Shown here one piece after another: positions 1 through 9,429 of a stretch of DNA of 46,887 bases. The DNA comes from an uncultured Bacteroidales bacterium (GTDB lineage Bacteria > Bacteroidota > Bacteroidia > Bacteroidales > ML635J-15), in the NCBI GenBank assembly GCA_964407055.1, contig CAYOUD010000001.1, positions 11,838-58,724 of the forward strand. The letters are read 5' to 3'. Each line of letters begins with the position of its first letter. Position 1 is the stretch's first letter. A program made the position numbers and the translations under genes. The notes beneath the pieces are model-generated. The model had not been told where the DNA came from, ran no database searches, and was given only the letters and a program-made list of their open reading frames with translations.

Positions 1-491
1 CGCCAGGCTTTGTTTTTATAAATTTCCCCAGCGGAATCAATGCCAATGCGTTTTCCGGTTTTAATTTCGGGGGAAAAGCCATCATCAAGAATTTGAAATT
101 GTTCTGATTCACAGATGTTCAGGTAATTGAAATTTTTGTTTATTCCCATGCGCTTTGTGAGTTTCCCGGGTCCATTGTATTTTTCAACTCCTCGAATGAG
201 TGCTGCCTGAGGATTGTTTTTTTCTGCGGTTACGATATTAAGCATCCAATGCATTCCGTAAATAAGATAAACGTACAGAATGCCCCCCAATTCATACATT
301 GGAGCTGTTCGTGATGTTTTTCCCTTTCGGGCGTGACATGCCAAGTCTTTCTCTCCGCGATAGGCTTCTGTTTCAGTTATGCGAAAACTTTCGACGCCTT
401 TTTCAGTTTTAATTTGAATGATTTTTCCAATCAGTTTAGGAGCGACAATTAAGACATCATTGGTAAAAAAATCTGAGCTTAATTGTTGCAT
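1..491 (-). CDS. mpg: DNA-3-methyladenine glycosylase (AAG/Mpg family); 3' end lies beyond the window start
   Basis: Reverse-strand translation from ATG (489-491) reads MQQLSSDFFTNDVLIVAPKLIGK...ETEAYRGEKDLACHARKGKTSRTAPMYELGGILYVYLIYGMHWMLNIV. That is the conserved core of the Mpg family. The frame stays open to position 1. It is absent from the ORF track because it is truncated. Confidence 0.75.
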   Translation of the reverse strand, partial: MQQLSSDFFTNDVLIVAPKLIGKIIQIKTEKGVESFRITETEAYRGEKDLACHARKGKTSRTAPMYELGGILYVYLIYGMHWMLNIVTAEKNNPQAALIRGVEKYNGPGKLTKRMGINKNFNYLNICESEQFQILDDGFSPEIKTGKRIGIDSAGEIYKNKAW

Positions 492-493
492 GA

Positions 494-961
494 TTAATAA
501 CGGATTTTATTTTCAAAGTCATCCCATGTTTTGAAGACAATATCAGCCTCCTCTTTCATGATTTGGCGGGTTGGAATTTTTCGCTCACGAATATTTTTTG
601 TCAGCTCTTCATAAATAAATTCGTCATTAAATCCTGCTGCCGCTGCATCTTGGCGGGTACTTGCAAAATAAAGTTTGTCGAGTTGCGCCCAGTAAATAGC
701 TCCCAAACACATGGGACAAGGCTCACAGGAAGCGTAAATCTCACATCCACTTAAATCAAAACTTTGAAGGTTATCACAGGCTTGCCGGATTGCGTTCACT
801 TCAGCATGCGCAGTTGGGTCATTATCACGAGTGACTGAATTTGACGTTTCAGCAATGATTTCTCCGTCTTTAACAATTACGGCACCGAAGGGCCCGTTTC
901 CTGTTTTAATATTTTCTTTTGCCAATTCGATGGCTTTCCTCATAAATTTTTCCTGAAACAT
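494..961 (-). CDS. Nucleoside deaminase module (guanine / tRNA-adenosine deaminase type); alternative model as a separately initiated protein
   Basis: An internal ATG at 959-961 gives MFQEKFMRKAIELAKENIKTGNGPFGAVIVKDGEII..., a typical full-length N-terminus for this ~155-aa family. It is in the same frame as the upstream membrane domain. Confidence 0.4.
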   Translation of the reverse strand: MFQEKFMRKAIELAKENIKTGNGPFGAVIVKDGEIIAETSNSVTRDNDPTAHAEVNAIRQACDNLQSFDLSGCEIYASCEPCPMCLGAIYWAQLDKLYFASTRQDAAAAGFNDEFIYEELTKNIRERKIPTRQIMKEEADIVFKTWDDFENKIRY

Positions 962-2530
962 AAGCTTATGATTTGTTCCCCATAAAAATAGTGAATAAAA
1001 CGTTGCAATAAAAGCAGAACCCGTTAATGTTTCAAAACTGTCTTCTGAGAGCATGCTCAGGCTTGCAATGACAAAGAAGATTAGGAAAAAGTAATTTTTA
1101 AATCCTTGTTTTCGTATTGCAGGCATAAACCAGGCCAACAGGAATATAATAAAACCTATCAATCCGAAAGATATCATGAATGTCAGGTATTGATTGTGTG
1201 AACGATGTCTGAATTCGGGCAACAGGGGCGATTTATCAAGTCGATACTGGTGTTTAAAATAATCGTCAACATCGCCGGTACCAATTCCTAAAACCGGATT
1301 ATCCTTAAAAATATGCCAACCGGTTTTCAGATGTTCAATGCGTTGGGTCAGACTTTGTCCCGATGGATTTCCACCATGCATATAATTATGTAATTGCCAA
1401 ATTGTATAATATAATCGAGCAGCATTTCCTTCTCCCGATTGGAAGCGCACATTGCATATTCCGGATTCAATGGCTTCTATGTCTTTTTCACTGAGTTTAT
1501 TGACAGCTTCTGCATCTTTAAATTCGCCCATGCTAGTTAAATAGCGAATTAGCGTGTGTTGTATATTATGTCCTTTTTTGTCAAGACTGTCGATTTTAAT
1601 CGCTGAAATTGCATTCCAACTTTGTCTTAACTCACGATGATTGACATAGTAATACACTTTATTCCCATTTTCAATTTCAATGGAATTTAGTCGGTGTGTG
1701 TATGGGTTTCCTCTGGCTGTTTTAATTTCTAAATTTTCAGGATAGGGATTGTTTGTATGATAAAATGAATGAATGTACCACCCTAAAAATAAAAAGATTG
1801 AAAGCACTCCAATGCTGATAATGCCGTAGCTAATTCGCTTGAGTCTTTTTTGTTTGGTTTTTTGAATAAAAATGGGCGCAGTAATTAGCAATGTGATGAA
1901 AAATACGAGAATGCCGGTAAATGCTTGCAAGACTAGCAAGATGAAAATATTGAAAGCAAATGCAGTAATGTGTAAAATTTTAAACTGAATTTTTATATGT
2001 GTAATAATTACAAAATATGCACTGATAAACAATGACAGCACAATCATTAAACTCAATCTTATATGACTAATAAAGATGGAATAATCCCGTGGGTTTGAAT
2101 CTCGTGTTTCCAAGAACTCCCATTTTGCCAGCAAAACGGAGATTCCTGCAGCAAATATTGTAAGCACAAAAAGATTCAGTAAAAAATTTCGTTTCCAACG
2201 ACCAAATGCCGGCATGCTTGCCATGATAAGCGGGATTGCCAATAGTGGTAGTTTTTTTTGGATATCTGCAAAGGCATAGTCAAAATTGCTTGTATTGAAT
2301 AGCCAAACGAAGTGAATAATGACAATTAAACTAAATGCCCACACTTCGGGATTCTTCTGAAAGCGGGATTTAATTGGTAGTGTAAAGAATGATAAAAACC
2401 AGACAAGCAACATAAGAAACATGGAAACACTGGTCATATAAAATGAGAACGGCAGACTTGCCAGCAGCAAACATACTGCAAAGAAATATGACAGTTTAAG
2501 CAGTTTATTAAACTTATGTTGTGATATCAT
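494..2530 (-). CDS. Polytopic O-antigen-ligase/polymerase-like membrane protein fused in frame to a C-terminal CDA-fold nucleoside deaminase
   Basis: 678-aa ORF. The first ~520 aa are many hydrophobic helices plus one large soluble loop; the Wzy_C-like call is tentative. The last 155 aa carry the zinc-deaminase signature (PTAHAEVNAIRQA ... SCEPCPMCLGAI). No stop codon separates the two parts. Confidence 0.6.
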   Translation of the reverse strand: MISQHKFNKLLKLSYFFAVCLLLASLPFSFYMTSVSMFLMLLVWFLSFFTLPIKSRFQKNPEVWAFSLIVIIHFVWLFNTSNFDYAFADIQKKLPLLAIPLIMASMPAFGRWKRNFLLNLFVLTIFAAGISVLLAKWEFLETRDSNPRDYSIFISHIRLSLMIVLSLFISAYFVIITHIKIQFKILHITAFAFNIFILLVLQAFTGILVFFITLLITAPIFIQKTKQKRLKRISYGIISIGVLSIFLFLGWYIHSFYHTNNPYPENLEIKTARGNPYTHRLNSIEIENGNKVYYYVNHRELRQSWNAISAIKIDSLDKKGHNIQHTLIRYLTSMGEFKDAEAVNKLSEKDIEAIESGICNVRFQSGEGNAARLYYTIWQLHNYMHGGNPSGQSLTQRIEHLKTGWHIFKDNPVLGIGTGDVDDYFKHQYRLDKSPLLPEFRHRSHNQYLTFMISFGLIGFIIFLLAWFMPAIRKQGFKNYFFLIFFVIASLSMLSEDSFETLTGSAFIATFYSLFLWGTNHKLMFQEKFMRKAIELAKENIKTGNGPFGAVIVKDGEIIAETSNSVTRDNDPTAHAEVNAIRQACDNLQSFDLSGCEIYASCEPCPMCLGAIYWAQLDKLYFASTRQDAAAAGFNDEFIYEELTKNIRERKIPTRQIMKEEADIVFKTWDDFENKIRY

Positions 2531-2548
2531 ATATTGTCAATTCCTATA

Positions 2549-4000
2549 TTACAGGAGCGATTCAGATTTAATCTGTTTGTAACCAAATACGAGATTGCAT
2601 CCCATGCGGAAATTCAAGTTTCTTGTGTTTTGAGGTTGAAATGCACCTAGAATATTATCGCTGACAATATAATACTGTAACATAGCTCCCCGTATCATGA
2701 GTCCAAATCCTATGTTGCTGTATGAATTATTCATAATAGAATAGGATAGATGTGCAGAAAGCCAATTTGTTAGGTTAGAATTTGCTGATACAGTGAGGCT
2801 TTGCAATACACTTTTTTGATAAAATTCAAGACGATATAATGCACCAAAATCAAGCATTTCATGAAAATGATATTGTCCGCCCAGATACATGTCTGTTGGT
2901 AACCAAGTCAGGTATCCACCATCTGTGACATCGGGGGAAAAAATCCGAAGGATAGAATCTGTAAAAGCATCCATGCTTTCATTAAATTCCTCATCATCAG
3001 CAAAAAAGTCCACCTCTATTCCACGGAATGTAAATGTACCGTCTGTTTTCATGCTTATTGGATTTTCATTCCAACTGATAAAACCTAAATCATTAACAGA
3101 AAAATAGGCTGAAAAATCATTGTTGATTTCATAGGTTGCTCCCAAGTCAAGCGCAAACCCCGGATTTTTAAAGTTCAAGGGATAGCTTAATGGATTGTAA
3201 TCATCCATCACCTCATCATCAAAAACAAATTGTAGTGAATCTTGATCGTAATCAACAGGTATTGGCGTATTTGCATGTACTGTCATATCAGCAACAGCAG
3301 TAATTCCGTAATCATTCTGATTTGTAAAAAGGGTAAGCTCATTAATTTTAGTCTGAATATTAGCCATTCCAAACAAGATTTTTGCCTTTCCTCCAACGTA
3401 AAGTCCGTCCATCACTTCAGTGCTAAAACCACCGGCAATTTCCCGATAATGCGTTGCTCGTATGCCTAAATCAGTAAGTACAATTTTTTCGTTGTTTTCA
3501 CGGAAATAATTATTTCCATACCATGCCATGCGGAACAAATCTTTCGGCAGGGTAAGTCCGTAATTGATTTTTTCTGTAATGTTAAAACTTAAGTATGCAT
3601 CATTTTTGGTTTTAAATCCCAGATAAAACAAATCAATATGAGTTTGGAAACGGATATGATTCGCAGTTCGTAAATTCGCCAGAAAGAGTTCTGGGTCAAT
3701 CACTAAGGAATCAGCATAAACACCTTCGCCTTCATGAATGAGATCGGAAAACTGAAATCCGTTATTTGCATAATTGAAATAACTCGGGGGTGGAACTTGT
3801 CCGACAATGGGCAGAATAATACCTCCGATGGTGAAATCATAGTCAGAGCCTATCGCCGGATTTAGATAATTGGTTTGGGAAACTTTATTCATAAAATAGA
3901 ATGTGTTTCCCTGTTGTGCTTTAAGGCTTAATGACGCAAAGCCAATTAAAGCAATTACGAGTGTTGTTTTTATGATATTTTGCATGGCAGTGATTTTCAT
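2549..4000 (-). CDS. Outer-membrane beta-barrel protein of unknown function, with a PorP/SprF-like N-terminal motif
   Basis: Signal peptide ending ...SLSLKAQQ. It is followed by GNTFYFMNKVSQTNYLNPA, compared from memory with PorP/SprF QQDxxFSQYxxNxxxxNPA. The sequence has alternating aromatic/polar beta-strand character and a terminal aromatic-rich strand. Confidence 0.5.
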   Translation of the reverse strand: MKITAMQNIIKTTLVIALIGFASLSLKAQQGNTFYFMNKVSQTNYLNPAIGSDYDFTIGGIILPIVGQVPPPSYFNYANNGFQFSDLIHEGEGVYADSLVIDPELFLANLRTANHIRFQTHIDLFYLGFKTKNDAYLSFNITEKINYGLTLPKDLFRMAWYGNNYFRENNEKIVLTDLGIRATHYREIAGGFSTEVMDGLYVGGKAKILFGMANIQTKINELTLFTNQNDYGITAVADMTVHANTPIPVDYDQDSLQFVFDDEVMDDYNPLSYPLNFKNPGFALDLGATYEINNDFSAYFSVNDLGFISWNENPISMKTDGTFTFRGIEVDFFADDEEFNESMDAFTDSILRIFSPDVTDGGYLTWLPTDMYLGGQYHFHEMLDFGALYRLEFYQKSVLQSLTVSANSNLTNWLSAHLSYSIMNNSYSNIGFGLMIRGAMLQYYIVSDNILGAFQPQNTRNLNFRMGCNLVFGYKQIKSESLL

Positions 4001-4002
4001 GG

Positions 4003-5682
4003 TTAGTTATTATTTAAGGTATCCAAGTTCACTTCAATATTTAAATCGGCTTCTATCGCAACATTAAAGCCAACCTCATAATCGGGGTAAATTTTGATGA
4101 ATTCATCGCTTGCTGCATTTGTTGTTGAAGCAGACGCTTTATAAAGCAGATATTTGGTTTCCATCATTTGCTCAAGTCGTTCTCCTGTAATTTCTAAATC
4201 AATGGTTTTGTTAGTTTTACTAATAACTTGTCCGTTATTATCAATTACTGCACTTTCAATGATCCTGATATCATCCGCTTGTATCACAGAATCAATAATT
4301 ATGTAATTCTCATTTAAAAAATAAGCCTGTGATTCAATAAAGATTGGGAGACCATTATCAATATTTATTCGTATCAATAGTCGTTCAATGATTCCGGGAT
4401 CTTCAAATTCTTCTTCCATGTTAAAGTCTATCGTATCAGTTCCATGGAATCTGTCAATATATCCCCATAGTGGGAGTTCAACTTCTATATCTGCGCGGAA
4501 TTTACTGTCATCCCAGACAAAATTATCATGTCCGGCACTTCCTCCAGGGTTGGTAAATGCATGTGCAATGAATTTTATCCATGCCGGGCGTTGTTGAATC
4601 ACTTCACGGATGTTTGAATTGTTTTTATCGAGAATAAGGCTGTCATCAATGGAACTTCCAAAAACGGTCGGATAGTTCATATAATGGGGCGAAAGAGAGT
4701 CCATTGGTAATCCTGCACCATAATCAATAATGTTATAATACTGATTGAAATGTGATGAATATGCTTTGACAGAATCAAAGTAAAAATTTGTTGGAATTCC
4801 ATAAGAATTATTGTAATAGACTTTAAATTTTGGGTCTTCAAACCAAAAATCCTCAAGATTCCAGCCATCACTTGGATCAAAAAGGTCTAATTCTATTTTT
4901 CCACTTTTGTAGATGAGTGTATTATGCCCAAAATATCCAAACATGGCTTCATGATCAGGTTCGATGAGGTCAATGTCGAGGTTTAATTGTCCGGTATTGT
5001 TTCCACCGGAGTGGACGAAACGAATTTGAATTTCCACCGGGATTTCATTGTATCCCAGTGCTGTTTGTGTTAAATCGACATGGTATCCGACCATACTGTT
5101 ATTCGTGCTTCCATCTGTGCTTCCGTATGGCAAAAGATTTAACACATCTGAAAATGGCACTCCATCTTTAGTAATGGTAGGATATGTAATCGTCAGTTGA
5201 ATACCATGTTGGTAAGTTGATGTTGCAACCATATCTAATGTTCCATAATCCAACCAAATCGAGTCGAGTTCTGCATCTGCATTAAATAAGTCGAAATTAA
5301 GATCTACACTGCGATTTAGTGTTATAACATCACCTGAGCTATTAAACCCAGTGAAATCAACACCTGCAGCCGGCGTTAAAGAGGTTACGTGTTGATTTCC
5401 AATGTTCATTAACGTTGATACTGTATCAGATTCTGCGTGTTCAAAATAGTATAGGGATAAGAAGCCGTCTTTGTTAACTTGAATTCTTCCAACCGAATCG
5501 TAAGCGTTTAGCCCGTCAATCATCGCTAAATTTCCATATGCGATTGGTGCTGCAAGGCTTGGTTCATAGTGAATTTCCCCGGATAACCGGTCAAAATCAA
5601 AGCTGTCTTTGACGCAAGAGTTTGTTCCCAGTATAAATAAAACCAGGATAAACGGGATGATTAGCAGTCTTAAGTTTTTCAT
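4003..5682 (-). CDS. Lipoprotein of unknown function
   Basis: Starting at ATG 5680-5682 gives MKNLRLLIIPFILVLFILGTNSC, a signal peptide plus lipobox Cys. The longer track ORF (to 5766) would overlap the upstream gene by 74 nt, so the shorter start is preferred. Confidence 0.55.
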   Translation of the reverse strand: MKNLRLLIIPFILVLFILGTNSCVKDSFDFDRLSGEIHYEPSLAAPIAYGNLAMIDGLNAYDSVGRIQVNKDGFLSLYYFEHAESDTVSTLMNIGNQHVTSLTPAAGVDFTGFNSSGDVITLNRSVDLNFDLFNADAELDSIWLDYGTLDMVATSTYQHGIQLTITYPTITKDGVPFSDVLNLLPYGSTDGSTNNSMVGYHVDLTQTALGYNEIPVEIQIRFVHSGGNNTGQLNLDIDLIEPDHEAMFGYFGHNTLIYKSGKIELDLFDPSDGWNLEDFWFEDPKFKVYYNNSYGIPTNFYFDSVKAYSSHFNQYYNIIDYGAGLPMDSLSPHYMNYPTVFGSSIDDSLILDKNNSNIREVIQQRPAWIKFIAHAFTNPGGSAGHDNFVWDDSKFRADIEVELPLWGYIDRFHGTDTIDFNMEEEFEDPGIIERLLIRINIDNGLPIFIESQAYFLNENYIIIDSVIQADDIRIIESAVIDNNGQVISKTNKTIDLEITGERLEQMMETKYLLYKASASTTNAASDEFIKIYPDYEVGFNVAIEADLNIEVNLDTLNNN

Positions 5683-5692
5683 AATAAGTAGA

Positions 5693-8458
5693 TTATTTGA
5701 CTTCATAATTATACAAAAAATTTCCTTTCCCTCCGACAAAAAGATTAAAATGTTGTGAACTTTCACTCATATAGCTTATGCTAAATGGGCTTGCACCAGT
5801 CAAAGGGAAACCTTTGTGCAATTCTCCATTAGAGTTAATCAGGTAGAGTTTTTCAGCCACCTTATCACTAATTCCAACTTTGTGATTTGTAGATGAGAAC
5901 ATATAATATGCCGGATCTTCAGTGATATTATTTTCAAATTGATAATTCATCATCGGTTTTTTAAAATGATCAAATACTTCCATGGTTTTTTGATCGAAAA
6001 ATAAATAATCCGCATTTCCGTCTAAATCGAAATCACGGTATATAAAGTAGTGGTTTTCACTGTATGGGCGAAAAAACACGGTATCAACAGAGCCGTCAAG
6101 ATAGGTGTGATAAACCATACCGCGAGTGTCCGTTGTTGTAATGCTTGCATTTTTCCCATCCTCATTCTGAATAAACCAAAACTGGTTTCGCTTAGATGCG
6201 GAAAATTGTTGTTTTGGTTGCACTCGGGATTCTCCGCGCCGGTTTAATATATAAATCCGGTACTTATCATGGAAAACAATGTAATCCTTCTTTCCATTGC
6301 GAATGTGCTGCGGTGGAACTGTTAGCGGGTGTTCGCTTCCTTCAAAGTCAAACCCACTGACAAGGTTTCCTTCACTATTATACATGTATAATTTTTTCGC
6401 CTCTGTGGGGACACAAATTCGGTAATCTCTGGAGTTATCATAATCAAAAAGCGCAAGCCCGCAGCTAGCCGGAGAACGTAAGCTTACAGGGAATCGGTCA
6501 ATATGATTTCCAATACGATCAATTAAGTAAATTTTGGATTTTGTGTTAAAAAGATATTGCAGTTTATTGTTTTTGTATGCATCAACCTGATAAACTTCAC
6601 TGATGATTGCTTCATCTAAGGGTATTTTCCAAAGTATAATTCCTTTTTTGTTGATTAGATAAATTGTGTGATTTACATCTTGAACAAAAATTTCCTTTTC
6701 GTTGGTATGATGATTTTTTACAATTACAGGCTTCATTCGAACTGCAGTGTCAAGTCGGCTTTCCCAGACGGTGTGTGGGGCTTCAAATTCAATTTCGCGA
6801 TGTTGTAAAGCAATGTTGTGATAAATCATATCGTCGCTGACAACTTGTTGAATAACAAATTCATTAAAATGCGATAATATTTCATCTTGGGACATTAAAT
6901 TATTAGCTGTTTTTGCTGTGAGATTACTTAGCAGCCAAGGAATTGCTTTTCGGACATTCAAGTAAAAAATACTTTGACTTTCGCGTGAGAGATTCTTTTT
7001 GAAATCCTGATAAATAGGCGACTTGTCAAGGGTTTTGTTTAGCAGTATGTCATTGATAAAGCGTGCTAGTGAAGCTTTATCGCGGCCGAAAACCACATAA
7101 TTATCGATCATAGTACAGTAATTGGCATCCACTGCAGAAAAAAAGCTGCCATAGTATAATTCAGTCCAGTTTTCAATCGGAAACCTGAATAATGGGTATA
7201 TATGGTTTGAGCCCAAATCGATAGTTCCGGTATAATCATTATATGCTTGCGAAGTGTGCTCAGTGTATGTTTTAATAAAATCAGAGATTAATTTTTCTGA
7301 TTGGCTCTGCGATTTAGTAGAGAGAATAAGATATGCATTTTGATAAATGTCAAGCCTGTTGATATTGCTGATTGCTAAACAAACTTCATTGCTTGTAAGC
7401 CCATAAATCAGTTTTGTCATATCTGCATTTGTGGTATTATTGAATTTCTCAATTTCTTCACTAAAATATTCTGCGTGTTTTGTTTCCTCTAGAAAGCGGC
7501 GTCGCATTTTTTCTAATTGCTCAACATCACTATAGCTTTGTGCATAAAAAAGTACGGTACCTTCAGGCAGGATTTTTTCAAACTCAAATTTTTGTTTGTC
7601 CTGAGCTCTTAAGTGGCTGAGGTAAAGGATGCTTGAGTCCGGAGCCGAAGCAAATCCATTTAAGTTTATAATTTTGTTTTTTAAACTTAAATCGAGCGCA
7701 ATCCAGGTTCCATATTTTTCAAATGCAGGATGTTTTTCTATTACATCAGCTTGAAAGAATGGCGTCATTAAATCGGACAATCTCGATAGATTGATATAGA
7801 AATTGGCAATTTCTTTTTCTCCGGCTGTTCTGTAGGTTTCTTGAAAAGCGATGTTATTTGTCAGGTTAATATCGATATCGGATTGTCTAATAACATCTTC
7901 TACCAAAAGCGAGTTTTTGCTGAACACAAAATTGCGTTTAGCAATTGTGTAGGTGTAGCGTTTTTGATTTTCAGTTTTGACATCAAAAAGATTATGATTA
8001 TCGTATTCTCGTTTGGTTATTTCAGCATTTGAAAACAATGTCTCAAGCTGCCTTTGCAGACTTTCGTTTTTTAGATTTTCAGGCAGTGCAACTAAAAAAA
8101 CAGCTCCCAGTTGGTTCTTTCCGAAATTATGAATTGAAATAATTATTGGATTATTCGTTAGCAGGCTTTGGATTTCTTTTTGTTCGTTTTTTAAACTGTC
8201 CAAAAGCTGAATTTGTTGATTAAGTGTTTGGATTTTTGGATAGTTGCATAAATCCACCCAATAATCAGGCTGCTTGTCAAGTGCTGTTACAAGTGCTTCA
8301 AAATTTCTGATTTCCACAACCATATTAGCATTGATAGGAACCAGACCTATGGTTTCTGTCATTTGCGTATCATTGTTCTTGCTAAATAAAGTAATAATTA
8401 ATAAGCTTGCAATTGCCAATAATAGAATTACGATAAAAATCAATCGCCATTTTTTCAT
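5693..8458 (-). CDS. Large membrane-anchored protein of unknown function with a C-terminal beta-propeller-like repeat region
   Basis: 921-aa ORF with an N-terminal TM helix (WRLIFIVILLLAIASLLIITLF). The C-terminal ~350 aa show repeated hydrophobic-strand / G-N/D turn units (IYLINKKGIILW, IYLIDRIGNHI, LYMYNSEGNLV, IYILNRRGES, LYLINSNGEL). Confidence 0.6.
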   Translation of the reverse strand: MKKWRLIFIVILLLAIASLLIITLFSKNNDTQMTETIGLVPINANMVVEIRNFEALVTALDKQPDYWVDLCNYPKIQTLNQQIQLLDSLKNEQKEIQSLLTNNPIIISIHNFGKNQLGAVFLVALPENLKNESLQRQLETLFSNAEITKREYDNHNLFDVKTENQKRYTYTIAKRNFVFSKNSLLVEDVIRQSDIDINLTNNIAFQETYRTAGEKEIANFYINLSRLSDLMTPFFQADVIEKHPAFEKYGTWIALDLSLKNKIINLNGFASAPDSSILYLSHLRAQDKQKFEFEKILPEGTVLFYAQSYSDVEQLEKMRRRFLEETKHAEYFSEEIEKFNNTTNADMTKLIYGLTSNEVCLAISNINRLDIYQNAYLILSTKSQSQSEKLISDFIKTYTEHTSQAYNDYTGTIDLGSNHIYPLFRFPIENWTELYYGSFFSAVDANYCTMIDNYVVFGRDKASLARFINDILLNKTLDKSPIYQDFKKNLSRESQSIFYLNVRKAIPWLLSNLTAKTANNLMSQDEILSHFNEFVIQQVVSDDMIYHNIALQHREIEFEAPHTVWESRLDTAVRMKPVIVKNHHTNEKEIFVQDVNHTIYLINKKGIILWKIPLDEAIISEVYQVDAYKNNKLQYLFNTKSKIYLIDRIGNHIDRFPVSLRSPASCGLALFDYDNSRDYRICVPTEAKKLYMYNSEGNLVSGFDFEGSEHPLTVPPQHIRNGKKDYIVFHDKYRIYILNRRGESRVQPKQQFSASKRNQFWFIQNEDGKNASITTTDTRGMVYHTYLDGSVDTVFFRPYSENHYFIYRDFDLDGNADYLFFDQKTMEVFDHFKKPMMNYQFENNITEDPAYYMFSSTNHKVGISDKVAEKLYLINSNGELHKGFPLTGASPFSISYMSESSQHFNLFVGGKGNFLYNYEVK

Positions 8459-8547
8459 TACTCTGTCTTTTCTTATAACAAAACTGTTTCTAAATACTTT
8501 GTAATGGTTTTATTCAGACCATACAAGTCTGTAAACAAAATCTGCAA

Positions 8548-9372
8548 TTAGTTAAAGGTTCTGGCTCTTGTCAAATCTGTGCGAGGATTAATGCAAATCA
8601 CTGGAATTTTTAATTTATTCGCAATGATTTTTTGTTCATCTGCTCCAAACATATAATCAGTTAAACCAATATTTTTTGTTGTTATAATCACAATCAATCC
8701 TGCTGAGATATTTTCAGCGAACTGTACCGTTTCTTCCGGAAAATCTTTCATATTAGTTTCAATATCAATTTCATACTGAATGTTGTTTTCTATTAGAATG
8801 CGCTTTGCAAATGCGATATTGTTATTAATAACATGTTGAATGTCTTTAATTCCGGATACTTTTTTTAACATCCGCACTTTAAGTTCGTATTTTTTTGCAA
8901 AATAGACGACCCATTTCATTTTTTCGCGACCTTCCATATCAGCATCAAAGGGTAGAACGAGTTCTTTAAATTCATTTACCGGTTTACGCTGTACCGTTAA
9001 AAACGGTACTTGAGAGCCCACAATCACTTTTAATGCCTTGCTTCCGAAGATTTTTTGGCCACCAATTCTGCCATGTGTCCCCATAACAACCAGTTCTGCT
9101 TTTACAGAATTTGCGTATTCGTTAATTGAGGAAAATAATTTTCCGTGTCTTACAAGTGCTTCAACCGAAATGGATTTATTGGTAGTGCAATTATTAACTT
9201 CTTTTTCCAGTCGTTCCTGTAATTCGGTGTTTTCTTGTTTGTTGTTTGATATATGCAAACAATGAATCTTAGCTCCTGATACAGTGGCGTATCGCTCGGC
9301 ATGAGCAAGTGCAAACTCTGAAACTTCTGTGAAATCCCAAGTTACTACGACAATTTTTTCTTTATTATCCAT
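8548..9372 (-). CDS. Universal stress protein, tandem UspA domains
   Basis: 274 aa with two Usp-type halves. Each ends in a G-x2-G-x9-G(S/T)-like ATP motif (MGTHGRIGGQKIFGSKALKV). Confidence 0.8.
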   Translation of the reverse strand: MDNKEKIVVVTWDFTEVSEFALAHAERYATVSGAKIHCLHISNNKQENTELQERLEKEVNNCTTNKSISVEALVRHGKLFSSINEYANSVKAELVVMGTHGRIGGQKIFGSKALKVIVGSQVPFLTVQRKPVNEFKELVLPFDADMEGREKMKWVVYFAKKYELKVRMLKKVSGIKDIQHVINNNIAFAKRILIENNIQYEIDIETNMKDFPEETVQFAENISAGLIVIITTKNIGLTDYMFGADEQKIIANKLKIPVICINPRTDLTRARTFN

Positions 9373-9429
9373 ATTATTTATTATTTTGATCCTTATTTAC
9401 TTTACGTTTACGAAAAATACGAAAAAATA

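Noticed and set aside
5683-5766. Longer start (ATG at 5766) for the lipoprotein gene
   Set aside because: It would add 28 residues before the signal peptide and overlap the upstream gene by 74 nt. The ATG at 5680-5682 gives a canonical signal peptide plus lipobox.
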